Origin: a virus
IMG/VR virus record: IMGVR_UViG_3300007504_000003
Coordinates: 1-64,000 of that record
Direction: 5' to 3' (one strand)
Length of the DNA stretch: 64,000 nt
A program made the position numbers and the translations under genes. Shown here in pieces: positions 17,261 to 27,336 of the stretch; the first letter of the stretch is position 1; each line of letters opens with the position of its first letter. The notes below the pieces were generated by a model. The model did not search any database and was not told the DNA's origin. It saw only the letters and a list, made by a program, of their open reading frames with translations.

Positions 17261-20200
17261 ATGCCCGAAGTTCTCCCTGTTGATTCCCGCTCCAGCAGCA
17301 TCACGGCTCCTTCACTGACCTACCCGGAATCAGGCTCTTCCAAGGGGTTCTTCCGCAACCCCCTGTCGGAGTTCATCTACGTCCGCACGTATAGCCGCTG
17401 GTTGGAGGCTGAAGGCCGCCGGGAGACCTGGGATGAGTCCGTGTCCCGGTACTTCGACTTCCTCGCTCAGGAGCGGCCTGAGGTCCCTCAGGCGGTACTT
17501 CAGGAATGTCGGCAGGCGGTCTTGGACATGGAGGTCATGCCCTCGATGAGGGCCCTCTGGTCTGCGGGTGAGGCAGCACGCCGGGACAACACCTGCGTGT
17601 ACAACTGCTCGTTCCACCCGGTTGACAACCTCCGGGCGTTCTCGGAGCTGCTCCATGTCCTGATGTGCGGGACCGGGTGTGGGTTCTCCGTGGAGAAGGA
17701 GTTTGTCTCCAACCTCCCCCCGGTCGGGGACCTCAAGGGTGGCGACCCGATCCCTTACGTGATCGGGGACAGCACGGAGGGCTGGGCTGATGCGTTGTTC
17801 TTCGGGATGACTCACTGGTGGAAGGGCTACCGGGTCGCCTTTGACTACAGCCAGATTCGGGCCGCGGGGTCGGTCTTGAAGATCAAGGGTGGTCGGTCCA
17901 GTGGGCCGGATCCCCTCCGTCGGCTGATGGAGTTCGCGGAGGAGGTGGTTCTGGGTGCCGCCGGCCGGCGGATCAAGCCGATCGAGTGCCACGATATCTG
18001 TTGTCAGATCGCTGAGATCGTCATGGTCGGCGGCTTCCGCCGAGCGGCTCTCATCTCCATCTCCTCTCCGGATGACGAGGAGATGAGGCACGCGAAGGAC
18101 TGGAGTCGTGGGGACTTCCCCACGATCCGCTACATGTCGAACAACTCGGCGTACTGGCTGGATCGGCCTTCTGAAGAAGTTTTCTGGGGCGAGTGGTCTG
18201 CCCTGGTCCGCTCCAAGTCAGGAGAGCGAGGGTTCCTGATCGACAACTGGCACAAGCGGGCGGCGCTTCGGGAGCCGAACACCTGTCGGACCAACCCCTG
18301 TATCAGTGTCCGCTCCTGGGTCAACACCCTCAACGGGCCTCGGCAAGTCTCCCAGCTCATCGGGCAGCCTTTCGAGGCAATCGTGGACGGCAAGGTTTAC
18401 TCGTCCAGCGACCGTGGCTTCTGGCTCACGGGTGAAAAGGAGCTGTTCCGACTGGCGACGACGGAAGGCTACAGTCTGGAGCTGACGGGGAACCACAAGG
18501 TCTGTCGGGTAGTTCAGTCCCGTCGAGTCCAGAGGTTCGAGTGGGTGGAAGCCTCTGAGCTGGAGGCTGGCGACCTCATCCGGCTCAACAACCACCGGGC
18601 AGTCGAGCTGGCTGGGGACGAGGTCGCAAAGGCTCGTGGCTGGCTGATGGGTTCCTTGCTGGGTGACGGCACCTTCACGGTGGAATCCTCCGAGACCAAG
18701 AGCGATCACGGCCACCTTCGCTTCTGGGGTGACGACGCTGAGCACATGGCTGTTCAGGCGTTAGAGCGGGTCAAGACGGCAGGCTTGAGAATCCGAGCTG
18801 ACGCCAAGCCCAACCAGAACAAGACCAACGGGTGCTGGCAGGTCTCCAGCACGGCTCTGGCTGGGATGGCAGAGACTACCTATGGGATGGTCCCGGCCTC
18901 CAAGACCATCACCCGGAAGTTGGAGCAGGAGACCGAGGACTTCATCTCTGGGTTCCTGTCGGGGCTGTTCGATGCAGACGGGTCGGTTCAGGGTTCGCAG
19001 GAGAAGGGTGTCTCGGTTCGGCTGGGGCAAGCCAACCTGAACACCCTGGAAGCTGCTCAGCGGATGCTGCTTCGGCTCGGTGTCGTCTCCACTATCTACA
19101 AGGAGCGTCAGCCTGAGGGCTACCGCAATCTCCCCGATGGCAAGGGAGGCTATGGCTCCTACTGGTGCAAGGCAATGCATGAGCTGGTCATCGCCAAGGA
19201 CAACCTGTTCCAGTTCGAGTCGATGGTTGGGTTCACCGAGCCTGCGAAGGCGGCTCTCCTGGTGGACCTGCTGGGTCAGTACCGTCGCCAGCCGAACCGG
19301 GAGCGGTTCGTGGTTCGGGTCGAGTCCATGACCTCGATGGGCGTGGAGAAGGTCTACGACTGCACCGTCCCGGAGCTGGGGGCCTTCGATGCCAATGGGC
19401 TCTACGTCCACAACTGCTCGGAGATTTCCCTCCGGTTCTCCAGGGCGACGGATCCCTGGACGGGTGAGGGTGGTGGGGGCAGCTTCTGTGTCTCCGGGGA
19501 CACTCCGCTCATTACCCGGCAAGGTCTCTACAACATCAAGGATGTTGTAGGCAAATCTGTGGAAATCTGGAATGGGGAACGGTGGTCTGAAGTTCGCCCT
19601 TTTCAGACTGGAATCGGGCAGAAGCTCTATCGGGTCCACATGTCGGATGGCTCCTACCTGGACACCACGGCGTACCATCGTTTCTCGGTGTCAACCAAGG
19701 ATGTCAGGTCGGGAAAGTTCAAGGCGATGACGGTAGCCGAGATGCTCGACAACCCCATCAAGGCTGCTCGTCGTACTGAGCCTTTCCAGATCGTGCAGGA
19801 GGGGGGACAGTCGGTAGGCTCTGATTGGGCTTACACGATGGGGGCTATTGTTGGGGACGGGACTGTCAGGCGGAAGACTCGCAAGTCCGGTTACGTTTGG
19901 GAGGGTTCCTACGCGGAGTCTTTTGGGGCGAAGGATAGCGTCATGCCCATTCAGGGGGTCGCCGGCAACCCTCGCGTTGCCAACGCAGGGAATTTGGCTT
20001 TGCAGAAGGTCTCCTATTTCTGTGCCAACCATGATCCCGAGATGGTCTCCGCTCTGAAGACCGACCCGGAAGCCCTTAACGGCGTGTTCCAGTGGTGCCG
20101 TGAGGACATTCTCAGCTTCCTGGCAGGGTGGCTGGATGCTGATGGAACCGCCACCGATACAGGTCGTGTGCGGCTCTACCTGAGTGGTGAGGCTCGGGCG

Positions 20201-21436
20201 CGGAAGGTTCAGCTTCTATTGACTCGGTGCGGCATCCGGTCGAGTATTGGCCTGCTGGGAAGGGCGGGGACGGAGACCAATCTGGGTGTCCGAAGGAAGG
20301 ATCTCTGGTACGTGGACATTACGGACTGTGCCAGCATCCCGTGTCATCGCTTGGACACGTCGAGAGGACACAAGCCCCGGTTCAAGTCGAAGTTCCAAAC
20401 CATCCGGTCCATCGAAGAACTGCCGGGTCTCCACCACACGTTCTGTTTTGAGGAGCCCGAGCGGCACATGGGGGTCTTTGGGAATACCTTGACTTACCAG
20501 TGCAACCTGACCGCGGCTGTCATGCGTCCGTGGGATACTGAAGCCTCGATGGCGAGGAAGGTTCGCCTCGCGACGTGGCTGGGTGTGATTCAGGCGTCCT
20601 TCACGGACTTCCCCTATCTCCGCCCGGCGTGGTCGGAGATCTGCAACCAGGATCGGCTCCTGGGGGTCGATATCACGGGTCAGTGCGACAACCCGGCTCT
20701 GAGCCAGAACTGGCAGGTGATGTTGAACCTCAACCGCGTCGCTCAGGACACGGCGGCAGAGGCAGCCGGGTGGATGGATCTCCCCTTCCCGGTGGCGATC
20801 ACCTGCGGGAAGCCTAGCGGCAATTCCAGTCAGCTCCTCGATTGCGCCAGCGGTTTCCACCCTCGTCACAGCCGCTACTACTTCCGGCATGTCCGGATCG
20901 CCGCCAGTGATCCGCTGTTCGCCCTCGTCCGGGACTCCGGCGTGCCCGTCTTCAAGGAGAACGGGCAGGAGCACCTCTCGGACGAGGAGGTTTCCGTCTG
21001 GGTGGCTCGTTTCCCGGTGAAGGCTCCTGATCACGCAGTCCTCAGGGAGGATGAGACTGCCCTGGGTCAGCTCGACCGGTACCTCAACATCATGAGGACA
21101 TGGTGCTCTGAGAGAGGGCACAACCAGTCCGCGACCATCTACGTCCGGGAAGAGGAGTGGGCCGAGGTCGGTCAGTGGGTCTATGACCACTTCGATGAGA
21201 TCACCGGTCTCTCGTTCCTCCCCTATGATGGGGGGAGGTACACCCTGGCCCCCTACGAGGAGGTCACCGCGAGTCAGTACCGGGAAGCCGTCAACGACTT
21301 CCCGGAGATCGACTACGCCCTCTTGAGCTACTATGAGAAGGAGGACCGCGGCGGCGGCTCGGCGGAGCTAGCTTGCTCAGGGGGGGCCTGTGAAGTTGAT
21401 TGGAGCCTGGAGGCGGAGCAGGCCAGCAAGGCTTAG
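17261..21436 (+). CDS. nrdJ: Class II (adenosylcobalamin) ribonucleotide reductase interrupted by two inteins
   Basis: RTYSR, VMPSMRAL, YNCSF, GTGCGFS, GGFRRAALI, NP|CSEI, F|CNL, KPSGNSSQL and C-terminal CSGGACE. Start taken at ATG 17261 (track gives 17219). Confidence 0.92.
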   Translation: MPEVLPVDSRSSSITAPSLTYPESGSSKGFFRNPLSEFIYVRTYSRWLEAEGRRETWDESVSRYFDFLAQERPEVPQAVLQECRQAVLDMEVMPSMRALWSAGEAARRDNTCVYNCSFHPVDNLRAFSELLHVLMCGTGCGFSVEKEFVSNLPPVGDLKGGDPIPYVIGDSTEGWADALFFGMTHWWKGYRVAFDYSQIRAAGSVLKIKGGRSSGPDPLRRLMEFAEEVVLGAAGRRIKPIECHDICCQIAEIVMVGGFRRAALISISSPDDEEMRHAKDWSRGDFPTIRYMSNNSAYWLDRPSEEVFWGEWSALVRSKSGERGFLIDNWHKRAALREPNTCRTNPCISVRSWVNTLNGPRQVSQLIGQPFEAIVDGKVYSSSDRGFWLTGEKELFRLATTEGYSLELTGNHKVCRVVQSRRVQRFEWVEASELEAGDLIRLNNHRAVELAGDEVAKARGWLMGSLLGDGTFTVESSETKSDHGHLRFWGDDAEHMAVQALERVKTAGLRIRADAKPNQNKTNGCWQVSSTALAGMAETTYGMVPASKTITRKLEQETEDFISGFLSGLFDADGSVQGSQEKGVSVRLGQANLNTLEAAQRMLLRLGVVSTIYKERQPEGYRNLPDGKGGYGSYWCKAMHELVIAKDNLFQFESMVGFTEPAKAALLVDLLGQYRRQPNRERFVVRVESMTSMGVEKVYDCTVPELGAFDANGLYVHNCSEISLRFSRATDPWTGEGGGGSFCVSGDTPLITRQGLYNIKDVVGKSVEIWNGERWSEVRPFQTGIGQKLYRVHMSDGSYLDTTAYHRFSVSTKDVRSGKFKAMTVAEMLDNPIKAARRTEPFQIVQEGGQSVGSDWAYTMGAIVGDGTVRRKTRKSGYVWEGSYAESFGAKDSVMPIQGVAGNPRVANAGNLALQKVSYFCANHDPEMVSALKTDPEALNGVFQWCREDILSFLAGWLDADGTATDTGRVRLYLSGEARARKVQLLLTRCGIRSSIGLLGRAGTETNLGVRRKDLWYVDITDCASIPCHRLDTSRGHKPRFKSKFQTIRSIEELPGLHHTFCFEEPERHMGVFGNTLTYQCNLTAAVMRPWDTEASMARKVRLATWLGVIQASFTDFPYLRPAWSEICNQDRLLGVDITGQCDNPALSQNWQVMLNLNRVAQDTAAEAAGWMDLPFPVAITCGKPSGNSSQLLDCASGFHPRHSRYYFRHVRIAASDPLFALVRDSGVPVFKENGQEHLSDEEVSVWVARFPVKAPDHAVLREDETALGQLDRYLNIMRTWCSERGHNQSATIYVREEEWAEVGQWVYDHFDEITGLSFLPYDGGRYTLAPYEEVTASQYREAVNDFPEIDYALLSYYEKEDRGGGSAELACSGGACEVDWSLEAEQASKA
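18299..19414 (+). mobile_element. Intein 1 in NrdJ (372 aa, LAGLIDADG endonuclease)
   Basis: CISVRSWV...LYVHN|C; motifs GSLLGDG and GLFDADG; inserted at NP|CSEI. Confidence 0.92.
19487..20500 (+). mobile_element. Intein 2 in NrdJ (338 aa, LAGLIDADG, Gln-terminated)
   Basis: CVSGDTPLIT...GNTLTYQ|CNL; motifs GAIVGDG and GWLDADG. Confidence 0.9.
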
Positions 21437-21624
21437 ACAGGGCTCCTCTTGTAAGAGACCTCCCCGCCGCCTCGTTTCCAAGCGGCGCGGATTCGGTCGG
21501 GGAGCCCCTCTTCTTCGTCCAGGTCGAAGCTCGTGACCGAGAGGAAGATTCGTCCCTCTCTCCACCCCACCGCGAGGATCTTGTCCCTGGGAAGGGCGAA
21601 CCCTGGGAAGGGGGTGAGCGTCAT
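21433..21624 (-). CDS. Small hypothetical protein, paralogous to the C-terminal half of 21635-22063
   Basis: KILAVGW...AAWKRGGGEV versus KQVAAVAF...AAWANGGGGV. Confidence 0.5.
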   Translation of the reverse strand: MTLTPFPGFALPRDKILAVGWREGRIFLSVTSFDLDEEEGLPDRIRAAWKRGGGEVSYKRSPV

Positions 21625-21634
21625 CGACGAGCCT

Positions 21635-22063
21635 TTAGCGGAAGGACTCGTCGTTCATGGGGCACTCCACCCCGCCGCCACCATTCGCCCACGCTGCGAT
21701 GAAAGCCTCGTAGGTGGCTTCGCCGTCGTAGCCCTCTTCGACGCACCAGAGCAGCGAGGACGTGTCGCGGAAGGTAATCCGGATCAGCCGGTCGTCGCTG
21801 AAGGCCACCGCCGCGACCTGCTTGGCCCGGATCGCAGCCTTGCCCGTGTGGTCCGAGAGGACCACCCAGCCACGGGTCTGCCCCTCGACGTTCCGGGTGA
21901 CCCTGCCGTACACCCTGGCCCCGTCTTCCGACGTGAAGCTGTTGGAGTCGCCGTTGATCGCGAGGTGGATCTTGCTGTTGGAGTAGGAGATGCCATTGAC
22001 GGCATCGCAGGCCAGGGCGATCAGGGCTCCCTGGGAGGTGAATCGGGCGATTCGGTTACGCAT
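21635..22063 (-). CDS. Hypothetical (putative early) protein
   Basis: GC3-rich ORF with a promoter-like motif upstream. Confidence 0.65.
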   Translation of the reverse strand: MRNRIARFTSQGALIALACDAVNGISYSNSKIHLAINGDSNSFTSEDGARVYGRVTRNVEGQTRGWVVLSDHTGKAAIRAKQVAAVAFSDDRLIRITFRDTSSLLWCVEEGYDGEATYEAFIAAWANGGGGVECPMNDESFR

Positions 22064-22087
22064 TGCACTCTCGGTTGGTCCCTCTTG

Positions 22088-22113
22088 TATACGACCGCCC
22101 TGTAAAAACTTAC
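22088..22113 (-). promoter_or_regulatory. Candidate early promoter GTAAGTTTTT-N10-CGTATA
   Basis: Near-identical to 57527-57552. Confidence 0.6.
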
Positions 22114-22169
22114 GCCGAGAATTCTTCCTCGGGTGGTCTTTTTCTGGGAGGGGTTTCGTAGAGGGATCT

Positions 22170-22694
22170 ATGAGTGCAGAGTTTCGAGCCCTCGTGATTG
22201 AGGGCGTATTCTATCGGCTGGATGGTCGTCTCCACTGCCGTCAGGATGACGGTGAGGAATGCCTTGTTTTGGATCGCCTCTCCCTTTTCCTGGGAGAGGC
22301 GGTTCACTTTGCAGCCCAGCATGTCCCTCCGAACCCGCCTCGCGTGGGATCTTGGGGGTTGGGGAGTTGTCTGGGCGAAGCGACGGGGTGGTGTTCGTAC
22401 CATCACCGGGATCCTCACCGGCTCTTCCAAACACATGGTCAGGGGACTTTGGTGGGGGAGGGGTCTCGCTGGTGGGTTCGCGGCGTAGACGGCTCTCCCC
22501 TCGCCCGGGGAGTTGAGGAGGTGTTGGACGGTCACCACGGGAGGATTTTGATGGCTTCGGCGTGGACCGTTGACCAGATGAGGGATCGGGTTCTCGCTTC
22601 GGGGATGGGCGATCGGGTGCAAGATCTGACTCATAAGGCAGAGGATCTACGGGCTGTTGTGGGCAAGATAGTTGACTCCACCGGAGGAGACTGA
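22170..22694 (+). CDS. Hypothetical protein
   Basis: ATG 22170; its TGA overlaps the recD2 ATG. Confidence 0.6.
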   Translation: MSAEFRALVIEGVFYRLDGRLHCRQDDGEECLVLDRLSLFLGEAVHFAAQHVPPNPPRVGSWGLGSCLGEATGWCSYHHRDPHRLFQTHGQGTLVGEGSRWWVRGVDGSPLARGVEEVLDGHHGRILMASAWTVDQMRDRVLASGMGDRVQDLTHKAEDLRAVVGKIVDSTGGD

Positions 22695-25060
22695 TGCTCT
22701 ACTACAGCGGTCGAGTGAACCGGGTGATTTTCGAGAACCCGGCAGACGCCTTCTACATCTTGGTGGTTCGCCTGGACGAGCAGTTTCAGGAAGACAGCCT
22801 CGTGACCTCGTCTACGATTTGCGTCCGCGGGAACATCCTGGGGATGAAGGTTGCGGTAGGGACGTGGTTCGGCTTTGAGGGGAAGTGGGTCAATGACCCG
22901 AGGTACGGCAGGCAGGTGAAGATCGTGAAGTCCCCGGTGGTCCGGGGAGGGTGGACGACAGAAGTAGCCGTCGCCATGCTTCCGAATCACGGGGTCCCGA
23001 CTCGGGTCGCGGAGCGACTGGCGGAGCATTTCGGAGACTCTCTCGTGTCTTTGCTCGACACGGGCAACCCGGAGCTGTTGGAAGACGTACCTGGAATCAC
23101 CCCTTTCGCGGCGGCTCACGTTTCGGAGCGGTGGACTGCTATTCGTTCCTACTTCGCCGCTTTGGATTTCCTAGGCGATGCGGGTCTGCCTCCCAGCAAG
23201 GTGAGGATGGTCTGGTCGCACTTCGGGGACGAGACGGAGAAGGTGCTGACAAGCAACCCCTGGAGTCTTGTCCAGGTGGACGGGGTGACCTTCCAGCAGG
23301 CCGATGAAGTCGCTCTCAGGATGGGCAAGTCTCCGGATGATCCGAAGCGGGTGGCTGGGGCGGTACTTCATGCGGTGAAGGAGGCTCGTGTCTCCGGGCA
23401 TCTCTATCTGAACACCACCAACCTCTTGGGTGAGGTCCGCTCGATCATCCCTGGAGTCGTCACTCCACAGCGGTTGGCTGCCGGGATTCGTTTCTTGTAT
23501 GAGGGTGACCTGCTGGTGGTGGACCAGAGCACTCGACCTGGGCTGGTGGCGATCTACGATCCCTGGACACACCACCTGGAGTCCGAGTGTGCGAGGCTGC
23601 TCAAGCTTCGCTGGGAGTCGGCTCAAATCGTCGGTGAACGAGCAGAGGGTGTGGTCCGTCTCATGGGGTGGGCTGGCCCCGCGGCGGAGAAGTCGGCAGA
23701 GGCCGGGGGCTCTGTCCGCGAGGTCGCGAGAGCGGCCTTGACGGATTGGTCCGCGGGTTCACGGATGCAGTTGTCGGACCATCAGCTCCTCGGAGCTTTG
23801 AATTCTCTTGTAGAGCCCGTGTCGATTTTGACGGGCCTCCCCGGCACCGGGAAGAGCACGACCCTTCGGGCGGTCGTCAAGGTGCTTCAGGACGCCGACA
23901 TTCAGTTCCTCCTCCTGGCTCCTACCGGGATCGCCGCGAAGAGGATGAACACCTTGACGGGGGCTCCCGCTTACACCATTCACCGAGCCTTTGAGGCAAA
24001 GGGGTGGGATAAGGGTGAAGAGCGGGACGCCACGTATGTGGGGGTCGTGGGGTCCGGGGCTCAGGAAGGGGGGAACGGGTCGGATGAGACCTGGGGGAGC
24101 GCGGGAGAGGCGGACGTGGTCATCATTGATGAGTCTTCGATGATGGATCAGCATCTCCTCTACAGGGTCCTGACTTGCACTCGCTCGGATGCCAGGATCG
24201 TGTTCGTCGGTGACGCAGCCCAGCTACCTTCGGTGGGTCCTGGGAATGTCCTGAGGGATCTGATCGCGACGGAGATCTTCCCGACAGTCAACCTGACGCA
24301 GATTTTCCGACAAGCGGACACCAGTGATATCGTAGTCGCTGCCCACGATATCTATAACGGCGTGGTCCCGACCCCCTCTCTCAAGGGAGATTTTACTCTC
24401 TTGGAGACTCCTGATGAGGACAAGGTTCAAGACCTCATTCTGAAGTTGGCTACAGGCTTGTACGAGCGGCGTCGGAATTTTCAGGTGCTCTCGCCCAGGC
24501 TCGGTGGGGTCATCGGGGTCACGAAGCTGAATGAGAAGCTTCGTGGGCTCTTGAATCCGAAGTCGCCAGGGGTCCAAGAGATGAGGATGGGGAGCGATAT
24601 CGTCCGGGAAGACGATAGGGTCATGGTCGTCAAGAACAACTATGAGCTAGGCGTCTTCAACGGGGACGTGGGCAAGATTGCTCGGATTGATCGGAAGGGC
24701 CGGAACGTGGAGGTGAAGATCCACGGTCCCCCGGTCTCTCATGTGAATTTCCCTTTCCGTGATGCCCCGAGATTCCTGCGGCTTGCCTACTGTCAGACCA
24801 TCCACAAGATGCAGGGGCAGGAGGCTGATGTGATCGTCATGCCCCTGGTCCCCGGATTCGGCTGGCAGCTCCAGAGGAACCTCATCTACACCGCGATCAC
24901 CCGGGCTCGCAAAAAGGTCTTCCTGGTCGGCACCCGTACTGCCCTGTCCCGAGCGGTAGAAAACAACCGTCCGGATGCTCGGAACACGCTGTTTCCTGAG
25001 CGTTTACAGGCTCTTTTTTGTGCTTCTGGGCTAGCCCAGAAAGCCTCTTCCGGGGGGTAA
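22694..25060 (+). CDS. recD2: RecD2-like SF1B helicase
   Basis: N-terminal OB and HhH regions; GLPGTGKST, IIDESSM, VGDAAQLPSVGPG, QIFRQA, TIHKMQGQE and YTAITRAR. Confidence 0.92.
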   Translation: MLYYSGRVNRVIFENPADAFYILVVRLDEQFQEDSLVTSSTICVRGNILGMKVAVGTWFGFEGKWVNDPRYGRQVKIVKSPVVRGGWTTEVAVAMLPNHGVPTRVAERLAEHFGDSLVSLLDTGNPELLEDVPGITPFAAAHVSERWTAIRSYFAALDFLGDAGLPPSKVRMVWSHFGDETEKVLTSNPWSLVQVDGVTFQQADEVALRMGKSPDDPKRVAGAVLHAVKEARVSGHLYLNTTNLLGEVRSIIPGVVTPQRLAAGIRFLYEGDLLVVDQSTRPGLVAIYDPWTHHLESECARLLKLRWESAQIVGERAEGVVRLMGWAGPAAEKSAEAGGSVREVARAALTDWSAGSRMQLSDHQLLGALNSLVEPVSILTGLPGTGKSTTLRAVVKVLQDADIQFLLLAPTGIAAKRMNTLTGAPAYTIHRAFEAKGWDKGEERDATYVGVVGSGAQEGGNGSDETWGSAGEADVVIIDESSMMDQHLLYRVLTCTRSDARIVFVGDAAQLPSVGPGNVLRDLIATEIFPTVNLTQIFRQADTSDIVVAAHDIYNGVVPTPSLKGDFTLLETPDEDKVQDLILKLATGLYERRRNFQVLSPRLGGVIGVTKLNEKLRGLLNPKSPGVQEMRMGSDIVREDDRVMVVKNNYELGVFNGDVGKIARIDRKGRNVEVKIHGPPVSHVNFPFRDAPRFLRLAYCQTIHKMQGQEADVIVMPLVPGFGWQLQRNLIYTAITRARKKVFLVGTRTALSRAVENNRPDARNTLFPERLQALFCASGLAQKASSGG

Positions 25061-25091
25061 TACCCTTACACCCCGGAAGAGGAAAGTTCCT

Positions 25092-25502
25092 ATGCCGCTG
25101 GACAGTAAGGAAGGCATGTCGGATGCTGAGATCGCGGAGTACCTGACTCGGATCGCGGGTCAGCTTCGCATCAGCAAGATCACGGTCACCCGGTCGATCA
25201 AGACTCGCGCGGGTGATCACTTCGTTGCGTTCTCCGGGGGAGTCACGAGCGTTCAGGATGACGGCTCGGGTCCGGGGACGGATGCGGAGCTGTCGGTGAG
25301 TGACGGCGAGGTTCTGGAGAACGGCTTCACCCTCCGGGAGGGGATGCTCGCTCAGATCCTCCTGGCGAGGGAGGTACATCTCGCGGTCTACAAGAACGCC
25401 TGGGCAGCGGGTAGCATCAAGAAGACGGTATACGAGGGCACCACGGCGGCGATCCGCCAGAACTTTTCCCAGCTCGTCCTGGGAGTGATTAAGGGGCGAT
25501 AG
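25092..25502 (+). CDS. Hypothetical protein
   Basis: In operon; SD-like sequence upstream. Confidence 0.65.
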   Translation: MPLDSKEGMSDAEIAEYLTRIAGQLRISKITVTRSIKTRAGDHFVAFSGGVTSVQDDGSGPGTDAELSVSDGEVLENGFTLREGMLAQILLAREVHLAVYKNAWAAGSIKKTVYEGTTAAIRQNFSQLVLGVIKGR

Positions 25503-26485
25503 TGAGCAAGCCGTCAGCCTTTGATGAGCATCGCATCCAGGGGATTTACGACACCCTGGAGGGAATGCACATCACTCTGGACTCCAACCCGATCATCTAC
25601 GGGCCGAAACGTCTTCAGGAGAAGGTCGCCGCCGCTCGGAACTACTTGACGGGTCTGGAGGGGATCTACCTGGACGTCTTCCGTGCTCTGAAGAGCAGCG
25701 AGGACACCTTCCGTCGAGAGAAGCTAGGTTTTGAGCTGGAGGAGAAGCGGCTCCTCGCGGAGGACCCTGAGGTCAGGGCGGAGCGGAATATCCGAGACCG
25801 CGAGGCTCGGTGTCATATGAAGCTGCGGGACGCCATCTCGCGGCTGAATGAGTTGGAGATTCAGATCGCGAACCTCCAGGCCCTCATTGCCATCTTGAAG
25901 ACCAAGCGGACGGATCTGAAGGATGTGGGGTCCAAGCTGCGGGATCAGATGAAGCTGGTCCATGAAGAGATCGGCCTGGGGAGGGTGTGGGGGACCGCAC
26001 CGGCTCCCGGTGCGGCTACCGTCGCTCTGAGGCCGGGTCAGGCTGGGATCATTGTGGATGATCCCACAGACATTATCGCTCAGGTGGATGGGGAGATTCA
26101 CCTGGGGACCGTCTCCGGGTGGGAAGACCCGACGGAGTCCTCTCAGAAGGAGCCCGAGCCCGAGCCTGAGGAGGAGGAGCCCGTGCTGGGCCTCGGAGCA
26201 CCTGAGGAGGTGCGTTTGACGGCTCAGACGCCGCCTGAGCCGGTTCTGGAGCCTGTAGAGGAGGAAGAGGCCCCCCTGGACCTGGATATCTTTGATCGGG
26301 TGGTGGATGACGACCCGGAGAAGATCCCTCCTGGGGATGAGACGATCAGCTCGGATGACTTGGATTCCCTGCTGATGGCATTGCCGGAGGCTCCGATGCC
26401 GCGGCAGAAGGCTACGGCGCCTGCGGCAGCAGTCGTCACTGAGGATATCGACGCGCTCATTGATATGCTCTCCGCCGGGATGTGA
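25502..26485 (+). CDS. Coiled-coil protein with acidic tail
   Basis: Heptad-rich N-terminal half and Glu/Pro/Asp-rich tail ending EDIDALIDMLSAGM. Confidence 0.7.
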   Translation: MSKPSAFDEHRIQGIYDTLEGMHITLDSNPIIYGPKRLQEKVAAARNYLTGLEGIYLDVFRALKSSEDTFRREKLGFELEEKRLLAEDPEVRAERNIRDREARCHMKLRDAISRLNELEIQIANLQALIAILKTKRTDLKDVGSKLRDQMKLVHEEIGLGRVWGTAPAPGAATVALRPGQAGIIVDDPTDIIAQVDGEIHLGTVSGWEDPTESSQKEPEPEPEEEEPVLGLGAPEEVRLTAQTPPEPVLEPVEEEEAPLDLDIFDRVVDDDPEKIPPGDETISSDDLDSLLMALPEAPMPRQKATAPAAAVVTEDIDALIDMLSAGM

Positions 26486-26619
26486 CCTGGACTCCTGAAG
26501 AGGGTAGAAAAAATAGTGGGGTGGCTAGCCCAACATGCGGGAGCCAGGGGTACATGGAGACGAGCGAGGCCCGTTTAATCAACTAAGTGCTCGCTCATCA
26601 CCATAGGAGAACAGAGACC

Positions 26620-27318
26620 ATGTCTGAATACATGGAGTTTGGATTCGGAAGCGGCGACGAGGGCTTCCAGAACAAGGCGAGCCGCTACAAGGGGAAGGAG
26701 GGGCGGACGGATCGCCTGAGCCTCGTCTGGTGGCCCGTGGACGACGACGGCAAGCCGAACCTCGGGGCCAAGAGCCCCCGGTTCGTCGGGGCCAACAGGG
26801 GGTACAAGAAGGGCGTGGGGTACTTCCTGGTCAAGGGGCCGGAGTACGCCAAGCTCGGCAGGCCGAAGAAGGCTATCGCGACCATCGTGGTCAAGTGGCC
26901 TTCGGACAACGACGGCACTCTGGACCGGGATCGCCTCACCTCCGGGTTCCAGGTGTTGAGCTGGACCTTCAGCAAGATCCGCTACGACCAGCTCGCTCGT
27001 CTCCACAACGAGTGGTCGTTGGGTGAGCACGACTTCCTCTTCGCCTGCGAAGACACGCAGTACCAGAAGGGCACCCTGACCCCGTGCAAGGAGTCGGTCT
27101 TCCGCTCTATCATGGAGAACGAGAAGGCGGCCCCGATCCAGGCGAAGATCGCCGCCGCGATCGAGCGGATCGCCGCCGATATCCGGACGGATCTCGCCCG
27201 CGATCTCTCCCTGGACGAGATCCGGGAGAAGGCGGGTATGGACTCCCCGTCGATCACGGGTGCGTCCGTGGACGCAGGCGTGGTGGACGATTTGCTGGAC
27301 AGCATCGGCACCTCCTGA
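26620..27318 (+). CDS. Putative single-stranded DNA-binding protein (T4 gp32-like)
   Basis: Aromatic-rich core, acidic tail VVDDLLDSIGTS, very GC3-rich codons, located upstream of ruvC/recA. Fold is inferred. Confidence 0.45.
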   Translation: MSEYMEFGFGSGDEGFQNKASRYKGKEGRTDRLSLVWWPVDDDGKPNLGAKSPRFVGANRGYKKGVGYFLVKGPEYAKLGRPKKAIATIVVKWPSDNDGTLDRDRLTSGFQVLSWTFSKIRYDQLARLHNEWSLGEHDFLFACEDTQYQKGTLTPCKESVFRSIMENEKAAPIQAKIAAAIERIAADIRTDLARDLSLDEIREKAGMDSPSITGASVDAGVVDDLLDSIGTS

Positions 27319-27336
27319 TCGACCCGGGGTCGGGCC

